Origin: Octopus vulgaris
Lineage: Eukaryota
Direction: 5' to 3'
DNA: 64,000 nt
Assembly: GCA_951406725.2 (NCBI GenBank)
Contig: OX597836.1
Location: forward strand, 47,616,001 to 47,680,000
The notes beneath the pieces are model-generated. The model did not search any database, had not been told where the DNA came from, and saw nothing but the letters and a program-made list of their open reading frames with translations. The position numbers and the translations under genes were made by a program. Positions 38,074 through 50,812 of the stretch are shown in pieces. Each line of letters starts with the position of its first letter. Positions within the stretch are counted from its first letter, which is position 1.

Positions 38074-38363
38074 CATGTAACATATATATGTGTGTGTGTG
38101 TGTGTGTGTGAACAGAATTTGGAATCTGCACTTCAGAAATACTATAGAAAGTATCTTCATAAAAAGTACATGTCTGAATTACCAACAGCGGATATCTTCA
38201 CTTAGCTGGGTTGTGCTTTCCGCATGCATGGCAGGAATGTTGGGTACAAATACCTCTATACAGAGTCATGATATTCAATATTCAAATAATATTGTTGGGG
38301 TGTGCAGATTATACCGAACTAGTAAAGTGCCCCAATTTAAGTACCTAATTCAACTAAATCTTA

Positions 38364-38407
<44 letters not shown>

Positions 38408-38563
38408 ACATATGCATATATATAAACATATATGTACGTACCTACCTCTACATGTACATATACACGCATATATGTGAGTACAGGACACCAAAAGGGACGT
38501 CGAACACAATGAGAAACGAAAACATAGACACAAACCAAAGGAACTGGACATATATTTAAAAAC

Positions 38564-38596
<33 letters not shown>

Positions 38597-38989
38597 AACA
38601 TATATTTTATTACACAGTGCAGACAGTGGAATAATCCATAATAGTGTTGTTGGGTAACTCTCCATTCCAATTAATTACAGATAATCTCATTCATCCCTGA
38701 ATCTGTGGTGTCGCATAATTTATAACGGATAACAGATAAATGGCATTTGAGTTTGCAACAAGTGTTTCGCTGGAAATTTATATAATGCAGTTGTGACCGA
38801 TTACATCATAGAACATAAAGTTCAGCTCCTCAGGCATCACGTAAAGTTAGTCAACCGTAACTTTACCAGTGAAGTTTTAAAGATAGAATTCCAATACAGA
38901 AAAACAAGTGGGTGTGTACAAGACCTGTCACTCAATTAGGTACTGACTAGAGAGAGAGCGCGAGAGAATGAGAGAGAGACAGAATGAGA

Positions 38990-40530
38990 GAGAATGAGAG
39001 AGAGAGAGAGAGAGCGAATGAATAAAAGAGGAGAGAGTGAATGAAAGAGGAGAGACTGAATGAATGAAAGAAGAGAGACTGAATGAATGAAAGAGAAGAG
39101 AGTGAATGAATGAAAGAGAAGAGAGTGAATGAATGAAAGAAGAGACTGAATGAATGAAAGAGAAGAGAGTGAATGAATGAAAGAGAAGAGAGTGAATGAA
39201 TGAAAGAAGAGAGACTGAATGAATGAAAGAAAAGAGAGTGAATGAATGAAAGAGGAGAGACTGAATGAATGAAAGAGAAGAGAGTGAATGAATGAAAGAG
39301 AAGAGAGTGAATGAATGAAAGAGAAGAGAGTGAATGAATGAAAGAGGAGAGACTGAATGAATGAAAGAGAAGAGAGTGAATGAATGAAAGAGGAGAGACT
39401 GAATGAATGAAAGAGAAGAGAGTGAATGAATGAAAGAGGAGAGACTGAATGAATGAAAGAGGAGAGACTGAATGAATGAAAGAGGAGAGACTGAATGAAT
39501 GAAAGAGGAGAGACTGAATGAATGAAAGAGGAGAGACTGAATGAATGAAAGAGGAGAGAGTGAATGAATGAAAGAGAAGAGAGTGAATGAATGAAAGAAG
39601 AGAAACTGAATGAATGAAAGAAGAGAGACTGAATGAATGAAAGAGGAGAGACTGAATGAATGAAAGAGAGACTGAATGAATGAAAGAGGAGAGAGTGAAT
39701 GAATGAAAGAGAAGAGAGTGAATGAATGAAAGAGAAGAGAGTGAATGAATGAAAGAGGAGAGAGTGAATGAATGAAAGAGGAGAGACTGAATGAATGAAA
39801 GAGGAGAGAGTGAATGAATGAAAGAGGAGAGAGACTGAATGAATGAAAGAGAGTGAATGAATGAAAGAGGAGAGAGTGAATGAATGAAAGAGGAGAGAGT
39901 GAATGAATGAAAGAGGAGAGAGGGAATGAATGAAAGAGGAGAGACTGAATGAATGAAAGAGAGTGAATGAATGAAAGAGAAGAGACTGAATGAATGAAAG
40001 AGGAGAGACTGAATGAATGAAAGAGGAGAGAGTGAATGAATGAAAGAGGAGAGACTGAATGAATGAAAGAGGAGAGAGTGAATGAATGAAAGAGGAGAGA
40101 GTGAATGAATGAAAGAGGAGAGAGGGAATGAATGAAAGAGGAGAAAGTGAATGAATGAAAAAGGAGAGAGGGAATGAATGAAAGAGGAGAGAGTGAATGA
40201 AAGAGAAGAGGGGAATGAATGAATGAATGAATGAAAGAGAGTGAATGAATGAAAGAGGAGAGAGGGAATGAATGAAAAAGGAGAGAGTGAATGAATGAAA
40301 GAGGAGAGAGTGAATGAATGAAAGATGAGAGAGGGAATGAATGAAAGAGAAGAGAATGAATGAAAGAGAAGAGAGTGAATGAATGAAAGAGGAGAGAGTG
40401 AATGAATGAAAGAGAAGAGAGTGAATGAATCAAAGAGGAGAGACTGAATGAATGAAAGAGGAGAGAGTGAATGAATGAAAGAGAAGAGAGTGAATGAATG
40501 AATGAAAGAGAAGAGAGTGAATGAATGAGA
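38990..40530. repeat. Purine-rich ~21-bp minisatellite (gaga[g/c]tgaatgaatgaaagag[g/a]a)n, ~70 units
   Basis: Continuous tandem array grading out of a (GA)n run; extreme strand asymmetry. Confidence 0.97.
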
Positions 40531-40986
40531 GAAAGAATGCAAATTTGACTTATGATCTAATACTAAGAAAACAGAGAGAAGTCAAGGCTAATATCGACAG
40601 ACGAGTGTCAGGGCTCACGTTAAGTGCTCATCAAAATACAGAACAAACAATTCTGGTCGTTTCAGTGGAGACAAAGCATTCAGTTCAACCTCAAATACAG
40701 AAGAAAGATTATAAATAATAAAACCATAACACTAGTATACATACAAATTGGCGGTCTTACATACACACTCTCTTTTATACTTCTTATACTTGCTGGATTC
40801 ACACACACACACATACACACGCATACACTCGTATCCATATACATGTATACATTCACAAATGCAGATAAATATATTAATCTATGCACAGCCCTACATATAC
40901 ATGTATGGTTTAACACAGTGCAGTTTTGTGAGTAGTTTGACAAAGCTGTATGGTTCTGTGGGTAATGTGGAAGTACATATATGGGT

Positions 40987-41535
40987 CATCATCATCATCA
41001 TCGTTTAGCGTCCGTTTTCCATGCTAGCATGGGTTGGACGGTTCAACTGGGGTCTGGAAAGCCAGAAGGCTGCACCAGGCTCCAGTCTGATCTAGCAATG
41101 TTTCTACAGCTTGATGCCCTTCCCAACACCAACCCCTCCGTGAATGTAGTGGGTGCTTTTTACGTGCCACCGGCACAGGTGCCAGACAAGGCTGGCAAAT
41201 GGCCACGATCGGATGGTGCTTTTTACGTGCCACCCGCACGAGGCCAGTTGGGGCAGCGCTGGCATCAGCCATGTTCAGATGGTTCTCTTACGTACCACCA
41301 GCACTGGTATCACAGCTGCAATTTCCATTGATGTTGATCGATTTTGATTTTGATTTTTGATTTTCACTTGCCTCAACAGGTCTTCACTAGTAGAGTTTTG
41401 TGTCCCAAGAAGGAAAGGTATGCATAAGTGGAATGGCTACATCCCAGGTAGAGGCCACGGGTTATGGTCTCACTTGTCCTACCGGGTCTTCTTACGCACA
41501 GCATACTTCCAAAGGTCTCGGTCTCTAGTCATTTC
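40987..41535 (-). mobile_element. RTE LINE 3' end
   Basis: Family tail plus terminal codons EMTRDRDLWKYAVRKKTR on the minus strand. Confidence 0.9.
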
Positions 41536-41664
41536 GAGACCTTTGGGTCATGCATATGCATGTATGATCTACATAAGTACAGATATCAGACACACACACA
41601 AACACATACATATGTGTTTGTATTGCTATGTCTGATCAAAATATTAAAAAATATGTCGCATATA

Positions 41665-42080
41665 CGCAGGAGTGTCTGTGGGGTAAAGTAGCTTGCTTAC
41701 CAACCACATGGTCCTGGGTTCAGTCCCACTGTGTGGCACCTTCGGCAAGTATCTTCTACTATAGCCTCAGGCCGACCAAAGCCTTGTGAGTGGATTTGGT
41801 AAACAGAAACTAAAAGAAGCCCATCGTATATGTGTGTATATATATGGATGTGTATGTGTGTGTATATGTTTGTGTGTCTGTGTCTGACCCCCAACATCGC
41901 TTGACAACCGATGCTGGTGTGTCCCCGTAACATAGCAGTTTGACAAAAGAGACTGATAGAATAAGTACTAGGCTTACAAAGAATAAGCTCTGGGGTCGAT
42001 TTGCTCGACTAAAGGCGGTGCTTCAGCATGGCCGCAATCAGATGACTGAAACAAGTAAAAGAATAAAAGAAAGAAAGAAA
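41665..42080 (+). mobile_element. tRNA-derived SINE, major family
   Basis: Full consensus. Confidence 0.93.
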
Positions 42081-42268
42081 TATAAGGAATATGATGAAGT
42101 AGCATTTCATGATGTTTCGATTTAAATAAAGCTTAATATTAACCAACTTAGGTTTCCACTACAATGGTTAGTAACTGTTGCATCTGCAACTTTACTATAA
42201 TACCAGTCTAGTTTCTTCAGGGTCTTCACTGTAATATCCTTTCAGATTGAACTGACTAGGGTTTCATG

Positions 42269-42319
<51 letters not shown>

Positions 42320-42320
<1 letters not shown>

Positions 42321-43906
42321 CGCTCTGTGCATCTAGGATTTAGAAGGCTACCCACTGACGAACCTTGCCTGGGCAAACATATTCTGTATGTTTTGCTAGA
42401 AAGAGGTAGAAACGGATCAGTCTGAGATACATCTATAATGGTAAATGTTTTTGATTTTCATTCCTTTGATGAATTTATCCCTCTTTGTGTTTCTAGCACT
42501 TGCTTCCTTATTTGGGAGCCTTTATTATATTTCTATACGAAAAATATATTGTCTAATGACTAATTCGTCTTTTGTGCTAGGCCACTGGTAATAATAACTT
42601 ATGTTATTACCCTTTTTAATTATGTTTACATATATGTATATATATATGTAAATATAATATGTGACAATTATTCAGTAGCCACGATAAAACTCTGAGTTTT
42701 GGATGTCGGGGCGGAAACCCACGCCACCGAATAATTATCACATATTATATTTACAAATAAATTCCTCTATTTACATAATATCGAGGTCACTTTCATTCTT
42801 TTGTTGACTTGCCATTTCTCTCAATATATATATATATTTTATCTAGTTTCAGCTCACGAGCTGTGGCCATGCTGGGGCACCACCATATATATATATGTCT
42901 TCCCTTCTTGGGATCTTTCCTTCTACTATGTTTCCGACGAAGAGCTCCACTCGAAACGTTAAAGCCTCCTTCTTCCCTGAGCATCCAATAATACTTTATT
43001 TGTTCCACGTCCTCGCGTTGTTGTGTTTTTTTGTGTTTTTTTTTTTGTTTTCTTGTTTGGATTAACTATATATATATACTTTATTAAAAAGTAACAAAAA
43101 TATCACAAAAACTATTACTCAGAGTCTCATGTTCCTGTTCATCGGACAGTTTGGTTTAGAATTCTAAACAAAACTGTCCAACAAATGGGATATTACTCTA
43201 CCTCTGGTATTCGAGTACTATTTTTTCCACCTTGTTTCGCATTTATGTGATTACTCTGGTGTGTGTACGTGAGATAGATAGATAAATAGATAGATAGATA
43301 GATAGATATATATATACTTTTACTTCTTTACTTGTTTCAGTTATTAGACTGCGCCCATGCTGGGGCACTGCCTTGAATAATTTTAGTCGAATGAATTGAC
43401 CCCAGTACTTTTAAAAAAAATTTTTTAAGCCTGGTGCTTATTCTATTGATTCCTTTTGCCAAACTGCTTAGTTACAGGGATGTAAACACACCAACACCGG
43501 TTGCCAAGTGGTGGTGGGGACAAACGCGCGTCTGCCATAAGGCTTTATTTCCACACACACCAGCTTAATTTAATTCGTCCTTAGTCGAAAGACACCTGTT
43601 GTTATGTCCTGTTATTTGTATTTGTGTAGCATTCACCATTTTTTTCTGTCCTTGTTTTCTTATGCATTCGCTGCTTTCTTCGAAGGAAACTAATGCTCTT
43701 AGCTTAGTTTTTCCTTGGGGCTGGCCAGATTGGAGTAATCTCGAGTACAACCAACTGAAATTGCAAAGATAATCTGGAACTTGACTGAGGAAAGAAAACT
43801 CCGAATGACCCATCCTTGTTTTCTTTGTATCGTCAATCAGGATGATTGTTGTCCCTTTCTTGTATCACCTAACTGTCTGGATGTTTTGCATTCTTGTCCA
43901 ATTTTG

Positions 43907-43910
<4 letters not shown>
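42320..43910. mobile_element. Stack of short Penelope-like terminal fragments and SINE pieces separated by (TA)n
   Basis: Modules near 42320-42630, 42660-42825, 42895-43070, 43080-43260, 43540-43910; hammerhead-like motifs at 42355 and 42931; palindrome ggacagtttggtttagaattctaaacaaaactgtcc; SINE half at 43317-43525. Confidence 0.55.
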
Positions 43911-43950
<40 letters not shown>

Positions 43951-44518
43951 GGTGGGCTTCTTTCAATTTCCATCTAGCAAAAGAGACTGATAGAATAAGT
44001 ACTAGGCTTACAAAGAATAAGTCCTGGGGCCAGTTTGTTCAACTAAAGGTGGTGCTCCAGCATAGCCACAGTCAAATGACTGAAACAAGAAAAAGAATAA
44101 AAGGCTTGAAAGCAGTGCTCCAGTATGACCACTGTCCAATGACCAACCCACTAAAAAAGAAAATGCTGTCTTAAAAGAAATAAAAGCATGCATTGGGAAT
44201 TGTTACATTGCTCTTTGGACAGGTTGGTCATGGCTCAAAAGAATTCTTTGAACCAAGCTCTGTTGGTATCAGGGTTGATCTGGGTCTAAACAACAACTAA
44301 ATATTGAGTAGCTGATAAGTAAGATCCATTAGTAGGTATAATGTTGTTTCAATCCCAATATCAAGATGTGAGATATTTTCATAATCGACTGAACAAACAA
44401 TACAGGAATAGAAAAATCTCCAGCCTAAATCAGAGCCTCGGCACTGAAACGGTAAATTGGTTCAGTGCAGTGAATTCTTTGGATGGGGGGTGTGGGTGGA
44501 AATGTGCCGTGTAGAAGA

Positions 44519-44690
44519 GAATGAGAGAGGATGGTAGGGAAAAAATAGGGGGAAAATGGAGTGGGAGAGAGGAAGGAACAAGAAGGGGGGGAAAAAAGAA
44601 AGCAACAAAAAGAATGAGAGAGGATGGTAGAAAAAAAATAGGGGGAAAATGGAGTGGGAGAGAGGAAGGAACAAGAAGGGGGGGAAAAAA
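44519..44690. repeat. Tandem duplication of a ~92-bp purine-rich unit
   Basis: gaatgagagaggatggtag...ggagtgggagagaggaaggaacaagaagggggggaaaaaa present twice. Confidence 0.9.
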
Positions 44691-45276
44691 CAAACAAAAA
44701 AAGAATAAAAGAGAGAGAGAGAGAGAAAAAGGGGAAAAAGAGGAAGGCAGGAAGTGTCAGAGACAAAGAAAAACAGAAAATGATTTCAAAAGAGGGAAAA
44801 AAAAAAGTGAAAAGAAAGTGAAAGAGTGATTGTGTAGCATGGAAGAGAGAGAGAGAGAGAGAATGAAAGTGTGTGAGAAGATGAAATGCAAAACAAAGAG
44901 AACTGAATTCATCTGGTAATGTGAACATGCTATTATTAACATCATCAAATATCATCAAACATCTCCATTCTTATCGCAATGATAATAGCCAAGCTGTCCA
45001 CAGTCCTTTCACATAATGATTTCCCTAGACAATTCCCTCTCCAGACCCCAACTACCTCCAAACATTTCATTTTACAGTGTTAGGACTTTACAGTATAAAG
45101 TCTTCTCTTCTTCACCAAAGCAAATTCTGTCTGTTCTAACAACAAACAGTTCTACACTAAAAGCGTAATCAATTCTCTCCAAATGAAAGGTATATATACG
45201 CTTTCACAAAAAGAGAAATATATATATAAATTAACAGGACTCGTAAAAAAGCAAACTAAAAATAGACTTGATTTTA

Positions 45277-45309
<33 letters not shown>

Positions 45310-45409
45310 GATGAACTAAATATCAATGATACAAAGAAAGATTAAGCATCACATACATACATTAAGGAGCATATTCACACACACAGACACACATCCAGTT
45401 GCTAACTAT

Positions 45410-45620
45410 CATATATATATATATACACACACACACATATATATATACACACACACACACACATATATATATACACACACACACATATATATATACACAC
45501 ACACACATATATATATACACACACACACACACATATATATATACACACACACACATATATACACACACATACACACACACATATATACACACACATACAC
45601 ACATATATACACACACACAT

Positions 45621-45650
<30 letters not shown>
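45410..45650. repeat. Alternating (AT)n(AC)n microsatellite; similar fields at 28120-28410, 29930-30340, 51900-52210
   Basis: Visible dinucleotide runs. Confidence 0.95.
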
Positions 45651-45652
<2 letters not shown>

Positions 45653-45805
45653 TTAGCATCACATACACACACTAAGTACCATACAATCACTAATCATACA
45701 TGCTATACACATATTATGCATCATATATATATATATATACATACATACATACATGTTAAGCATCATATGTACACATGCACACAGATGCTAAGCTCTACAT
45801 CTGTG

Positions 45806-46272
45806 CCCATGGATATATGGCGTAGTGGTTAAGAGTGCAAGCTACTAACACCAAGATTCTGAGTTCGATTCTGGGCATAATAATAATAACAACATCAAAA
45901 AATACCTTAGGAATGAGAACCCAAGTTCAAAATTTCCCCAAGATGAAGACAAATATTTTTGTCAGTGGAGGCACATGGCCTAGTGGTTAGAGCAGTAAAC
46001 TCGCGGTCGAGGGATCGCCAGTTCAAATCTCAGACCAAGTGATGTGTGTGTTTATGAGTGTATACACCTAAGCTCCACGTGGCTCCAGCAGAAGGTAATG
46101 GCGAACTTCTGCTGACTCTTTCGCCACAATTTTCTCTCACTCTTTCCTCCTGCATCTTGCAGCTCACCTGCAACTGACCGGCGTCCCGTCCAGGTGGGAA
46201 ACCTATACGCCAAGAAACCGGGAAACCGGCCCTTATGAGCCAGGCATGGCTCGAGAAGTAACAAAACAACAA
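45806..46272 (+). mobile_element. Composite (dimeric) tRNA-derived SINE insertion
   Basis: Two tRNA-like heads (tggcgtagtggtt...gagttcgattc; tggcctagtggtt...agttcaaatc), (AAC)n-like tail, flanked by 13-bp direct repeat ctctacatctgtg. Confidence 0.75.
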
Positions 46273-46401
46273 CTCTACATCTGTGGTTATCAACCAGGGT
46301 CCACATAAGATTTAATTGTTAAAATTTATCAACAATAAATTCGTTATACTTCTACAATAAACAAAATATTCTAATTTTTTATACAATTCCTAATAATATG
46401 T

Positions 46402-46910
46402 ATTCTTTTACTTGTTTCAATCATTTGACTGCAGCCATGCTGGAGCAGCACCTTGAAAGATTTTGTAGGATTGGGGCCGTGCTGGAGCAGCGCCTTGAAG
46501 GATTTTGTAGGATTGTGGCCGTGCTGGAGCAGTGCCTTGAAGGATTTTGTAGGACTGTGGCCATGCTGGAGCAGTGCCTTGAAGGATTTTAAGTTGAACA
46601 AATTGACCCCAGGATTTTTTCATACCTGGTACTTATTCTATCAGTTCTTTTGCCAAACCGCTAAGTTACAGGGACATAAACACACCAACACCAGTTGTCA
46701 AGCAGTGATGGAGGACAAACAGATACACACACACACACACACACATATATACATATATACGATGGGCTTCTTTCAGTTTCCATCTACCAAATCCACTCAC
46801 AAGGCTTCAGTTGGCCTGAGCCTATAGAAGATACTTGCCCAAGGTATCATACAGTGGACTGAACCCGGAATCATGTTGTTGGGAAGCAAGCTTCTTACCA
46901 CACAGCTACA
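46402..46910 (-). mobile_element. SINE major family, old copy with 4 x 42-bp tandem expansion
   Basis: gcc(a/g)tgctggagcag..ccttgaa recurs at 46434, 46476, 46518, 46560. Confidence 0.9.
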
Positions 46911-46917
46911 CAATGTT

Positions 46918-47557
46918 TTAACTCCGTAACATTTAATCCGGCCATATCCAGCCCAAATACTCTACCTGTTTTATGTGAAAACTAACCAGATCGCAGGAGT
47001 GGCTGTGTGGTAAGTAGCTTGCTAACCAACCACATGGTTCCGGGTTCAGTCCCACTGCGTGGCATCTTGGGCAAGTGTCTTCTACTATAGCCTCAGGCCA
47101 GCCAAAGCCTTGTGAGTGGATTTGGTAGACGGAAACTGAAAGAAGCCTGTCGTATATATGTATATATATGTATGTATGTGTATGTGTGTGTTTGTGTGTC
47201 TGTGTTTGTCCCCCTAGCATTGCTTGACAACCGATGCTGGTGTGTTTACGTCCCCGTCACTTAGCGGTTCGGCAAAAGAGACCGATGGAATAAGTACTGG
47301 GCTTACAAAGAATAAGTCCCGGGGTCGATTTGCTCAACTAAAGGCGGTGCTCCAGCATGGCCGCAGTCAAATGACTGAAACAAGTAAAAGAGTAGAGTAA
47401 AAAGATCCAATCTCTCACACCTACCCTACAATGTCATTCTATAAAAATATGCAAACACGCGGTTGAATTCTTGAAGCTACAAGATAATGCGTGATTAATT
47501 CAAAACAATGTGAATATGTCAAACATTTGACACAGAAATATGAATGCTAAAAAATTA
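46918..47557 (+). mobile_element. TTAA MITE family A interrupted by a young SINE (46993-47402)
   Basis: MITE halves join at a duplicated agatc; the SINE is near consensus. Confidence 0.88.
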
Positions 47558-48004
47558 AATATCAAATGGCTATGAGAGTCCACCAGAGTAACATAAAACT
47601 CTAAGGGGTCCAGAGGCAGGAAAACGGTTGAGAACTCCTACTCTGTATACACTGTCACATGACATCAATGAAAAGTTAAAAACTAATCGATAATAATTTT
47701 CAAATCTTCGTATATTTATCAAACTGATATGTTTATTGACTCGTGACATAAAAAGGAAGGCCTTATGAGCAATACTTAATATTCCAGAAATAAAAATATT
47801 ATTTTACTGGGTTGCAGTGATGCTGAAATACTACCTTTAAGTTATTTTAGTCTATAACATTGACCCCAGGAATTTGTTAACTTTGCCTTATATTTAATTT
47901 ATCGATCCTGAAATGAGAAAAGATGAAATCTATCTTGGCAGGATTTGAACCCAGAACACAGCCCAAAATCATAAAGTATTTTGCTGATACTCTAGCGAAC
48001 AGCA

Positions 48005-48212
48005 TGGTACATAAAGGCACTTGTGCTGGTGGTACTTAAAAAGTACCCATTACACTCTTGGAGTGGTTGGCATTAGGAAGGGCATTCAGCCATAGAAACC
48101 ATACCAAATCAGACTGGAACTTGGTGCAGTTCACCAGCTTACCAGTTCCACTCAAACTGTCTAACCCATGCCAGCATGGAAAGCAGATGCTAAATGAAGA
48201 TGATGAAGATGA
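48005..48212 (+). mobile_element. RTE LINE 3' tail, old
   Basis: Diverged family tail. Confidence 0.85.
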
Positions 48213-49489
48213 AATGTGAAGCAGAAACAGCACTAATGTAATAAACATTATCAACCAGAACCACAGCCTACCAGCAAATACACGGTTTATGAAGGATAAG
48301 TATGTATGATCGATAATGTTCATTACACTAGTGCTGCTTCTATTTCATCTATGAATTTCTTCTTACGTATGCATTTTCCAGGCATACCAGCACATAGTTT
48401 CCACACTTTATGCATATAAATCATGGGCTAGTGGTACAATTCACTTCTGATTTGGTTCAGGTACATGATATAGATAAGCCACAAAAATGGCAAAACATCG
48501 ATGGCCATCACTCCTGAATGGGATTTGGGGTGAGTTGTCTCACCTGTCCATGACTTTCAGATGTTTTAACATCTGGTGCTCTGAGAGTAATTTTCATCAT
48601 GCCAAATCACAGCCTACCAACAAATACACAAAGCGTATACGTTGAGTATATGAGGTTGATAGTGTGTGTGTGTGTGTGTGTGTAGTGGGAATATTTAGCA
48701 ATTAAATCCCTATGTCTGATGTCATGATTTGCTAGAATATTACCTAGGTGATTGAAAAGACATGACCAGTGAAAACTTCACATGAAACAGGCTCCAACAA
48801 CAATTTCATCCTTTGATGTGCTTCTTTCTGAGTTTCACCATCAATATGTGTTCAGCACACCTTAGCTACTCAGCAGAGATGAAATGGCAGACAAATAGCA
48901 AAGAGACGCGAACAACTGCTAAATAATGAACAAATAACAACAGCAACACTGACACCAACAAATCATATTTTGACTATTGCTACAATCACACCAATCCAAG
49001 GACAATTATCCCCAAACTCCACCAATGTTTTGTCATTCATAGCAATGACATTTTTCTTTGTTTACGAAAATGATGAATATTTGGTTTATCAAAAGTCTCA
49101 ACAGATATCCATGTTGTGCTTCATAACATACATACAGATGCACAAACACATGGAGCATAGTGTACTATGGCTTTCCCAAACAGCAGTCCTCAGGCTTTAT
49201 ATCGGAATAATGGGAGTTAAGAGGTGCCTCACTCCCAGTGGTCTTATACCAGGCCAGAAAGGGCCACACTACTGTTAGAAGATCATTGACCCAACAGTAA
49301 GTTCATTTGTCCTTTGTCGGACATTGTTTTGTTCTACAAGGTTTCCAGCAACCAGAGTCAAAATTGATTGATATCATTACAAATGCCACAATAATAAAGC
49401 TTTCTGGAATAATAAATAAATAAATAAATAAATGAGTAGAAATTGAACTGGTGAGTGTGTCATATTAAGGCACTATGACTTATGTCAGG

Positions 49490-50045
49490 TCACTTTCGAG
49501 TGCTGCTGGTAACATGTAACCCAGTACAACTAGTGGCATGGTCGGGTCGTTGGGGACTAAACTGGCAACCCCACCAAGCTTGCTTGGTGAGGAGGGTGTT
49601 TACTGGACACCCTGCGGGATGAAAAACAAAACCCATCAAAGGATGGAGGAAATCTGGAGAGTCAACGGTCATCTAATAAATGTCTTATGGCTGCATCATG
49701 TGCAGGGACATAGAAATATTCGGACTGAATACCCGATCGCGCAGTTAAACCATTGGTAGTGAAGGACTCCAAGCCTTTGTTAGGGCATCCTTCTAGGAGA
49801 AGGTAACTCAGGTAACTGGGATAACTCCGACATAAAACCTGCGGCTCAGTGGTTACCGATGATGTTGACTTGTTCTTCTTTTCAGATTATGGCTGCTGTT
49901 GCTTAGTGAGTGGAATTGACTCAGTGCACAGCATTTCCTCACTTTAAAAAAATCTTCTTGCACAGGAATTGCACGATAACAACATTGATTAAGCTCTGTG
50001 CAATGGCCATACTCGATAACGAGGGGGCAGCCACCATGACTTCCC
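49490..50045 (+). mobile_element. GC-richer interspersed element, possibly RTE 5' UTR-derived
   Basis: Abrupt composition change; motifs gggcatccttctaggagaaggtaactc and ggcaaccccacc resemble RTE 5' regions as I recall them; single copy here. Confidence 0.35.
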
Positions 50046-50089
50046 AGACACACAAATTCACAAAAGAAATCTTGCAAACGAGATACTAA

Positions 50090-50134
<45 letters not shown>

Positions 50135-50740
50135 AGCTAAATATCACTCACAAGAGTTTAGCTGGCCTCAGGATATAGTAGAATCCAGAGCCATATGATT
50201 GTAATGAGAACTTCATTCTACAGCCATTCCTGCACTCATTACTGTATAATAATGTTTATAATATTCACAAGCCAACAACAAAACCATCATTCTAGAAATA
50301 GCAGCCAAGTCTGCTTCAAATCACTTATAAACACATTAGCTATTGTAGCCAAAGATATACCTTCATCATAATTCTACTGGTTCATGGCCTAGCTGGAGTT
50401 AAAACAGCAACTATAGCCGCCAATACTATTATATCACATATATCACACATTAGTATATCAATTATATCACACATACCAAAGAGGATGCTTCAATGTGGTC
50501 ACTTATCCTGCTAAAACAACAGCCAAAAGTCTATCAAATCACACACCTTTTGATCTTAGAAAAGAAAGAATACTCTGCAAATTGTAGTCCAAGACACATT
50601 ACATCAGGAAAATGAAAAAGCTAAAAGATGAATAGGGCCCAGACGATGCTAGCTAGAATATCTTTTGATTATGGGTCTACTAAACACAAACATAATGATT
50701 GTTTATATGAGAGGAAATCTTAATTCAAATGTTTACTTAC

Positions 50741-50812
50741 AGAGTTTTTCTATTCCTTTTGTACAAAAGTATTCCACATTTACTTGATTGTTAAAATTAC
50801 ATCCTGGATATC
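50741..50812 (-). other. Candidate 72-nt phase 1-1 exon (xYPGCNFNNQVNVEYFCTKGIEKL)
   Basis: Branch-like cactaat, acceptor ttgttctttgcag|G, donor CT|gtaagt, one open frame, length divisible by 3. Confidence 0.5.

Larger units (their letters stand above)
46281..47640 (+). mobile_element. hAT-type MITE split by nested insertions
   Basis: Left end ctgtggttatcaacc, right end ggttgagaactccc; halves match the element at 60187; flanks ctctacat/ctctgtat resemble a decayed 8-bp TSD. Confidence 0.6.

Noticed and set aside
38928-40542. 501-aa and 531-aa minus-strand ORFs (SFIHSL repeats)
   Set aside because: Stop-free by-product of a pyrimidine-rich minisatellite, open in two frames
44425-44958. 177-aa Phe/Ser-rich ORF
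   Set aside because: Complement of a purine-rich tract with a tandem duplication
45815-46035. Possible tRNA genes
   Set aside because: A/B boxes run into SINE bodies, no complete cloverleaf, enclosed by a TSD
48370-48500. Minus-strand CHFC...CIKCGNY, like a piggyBac C-terminal Cys domain
   Set aside because: Fragmentary and frameshifted, no termini found
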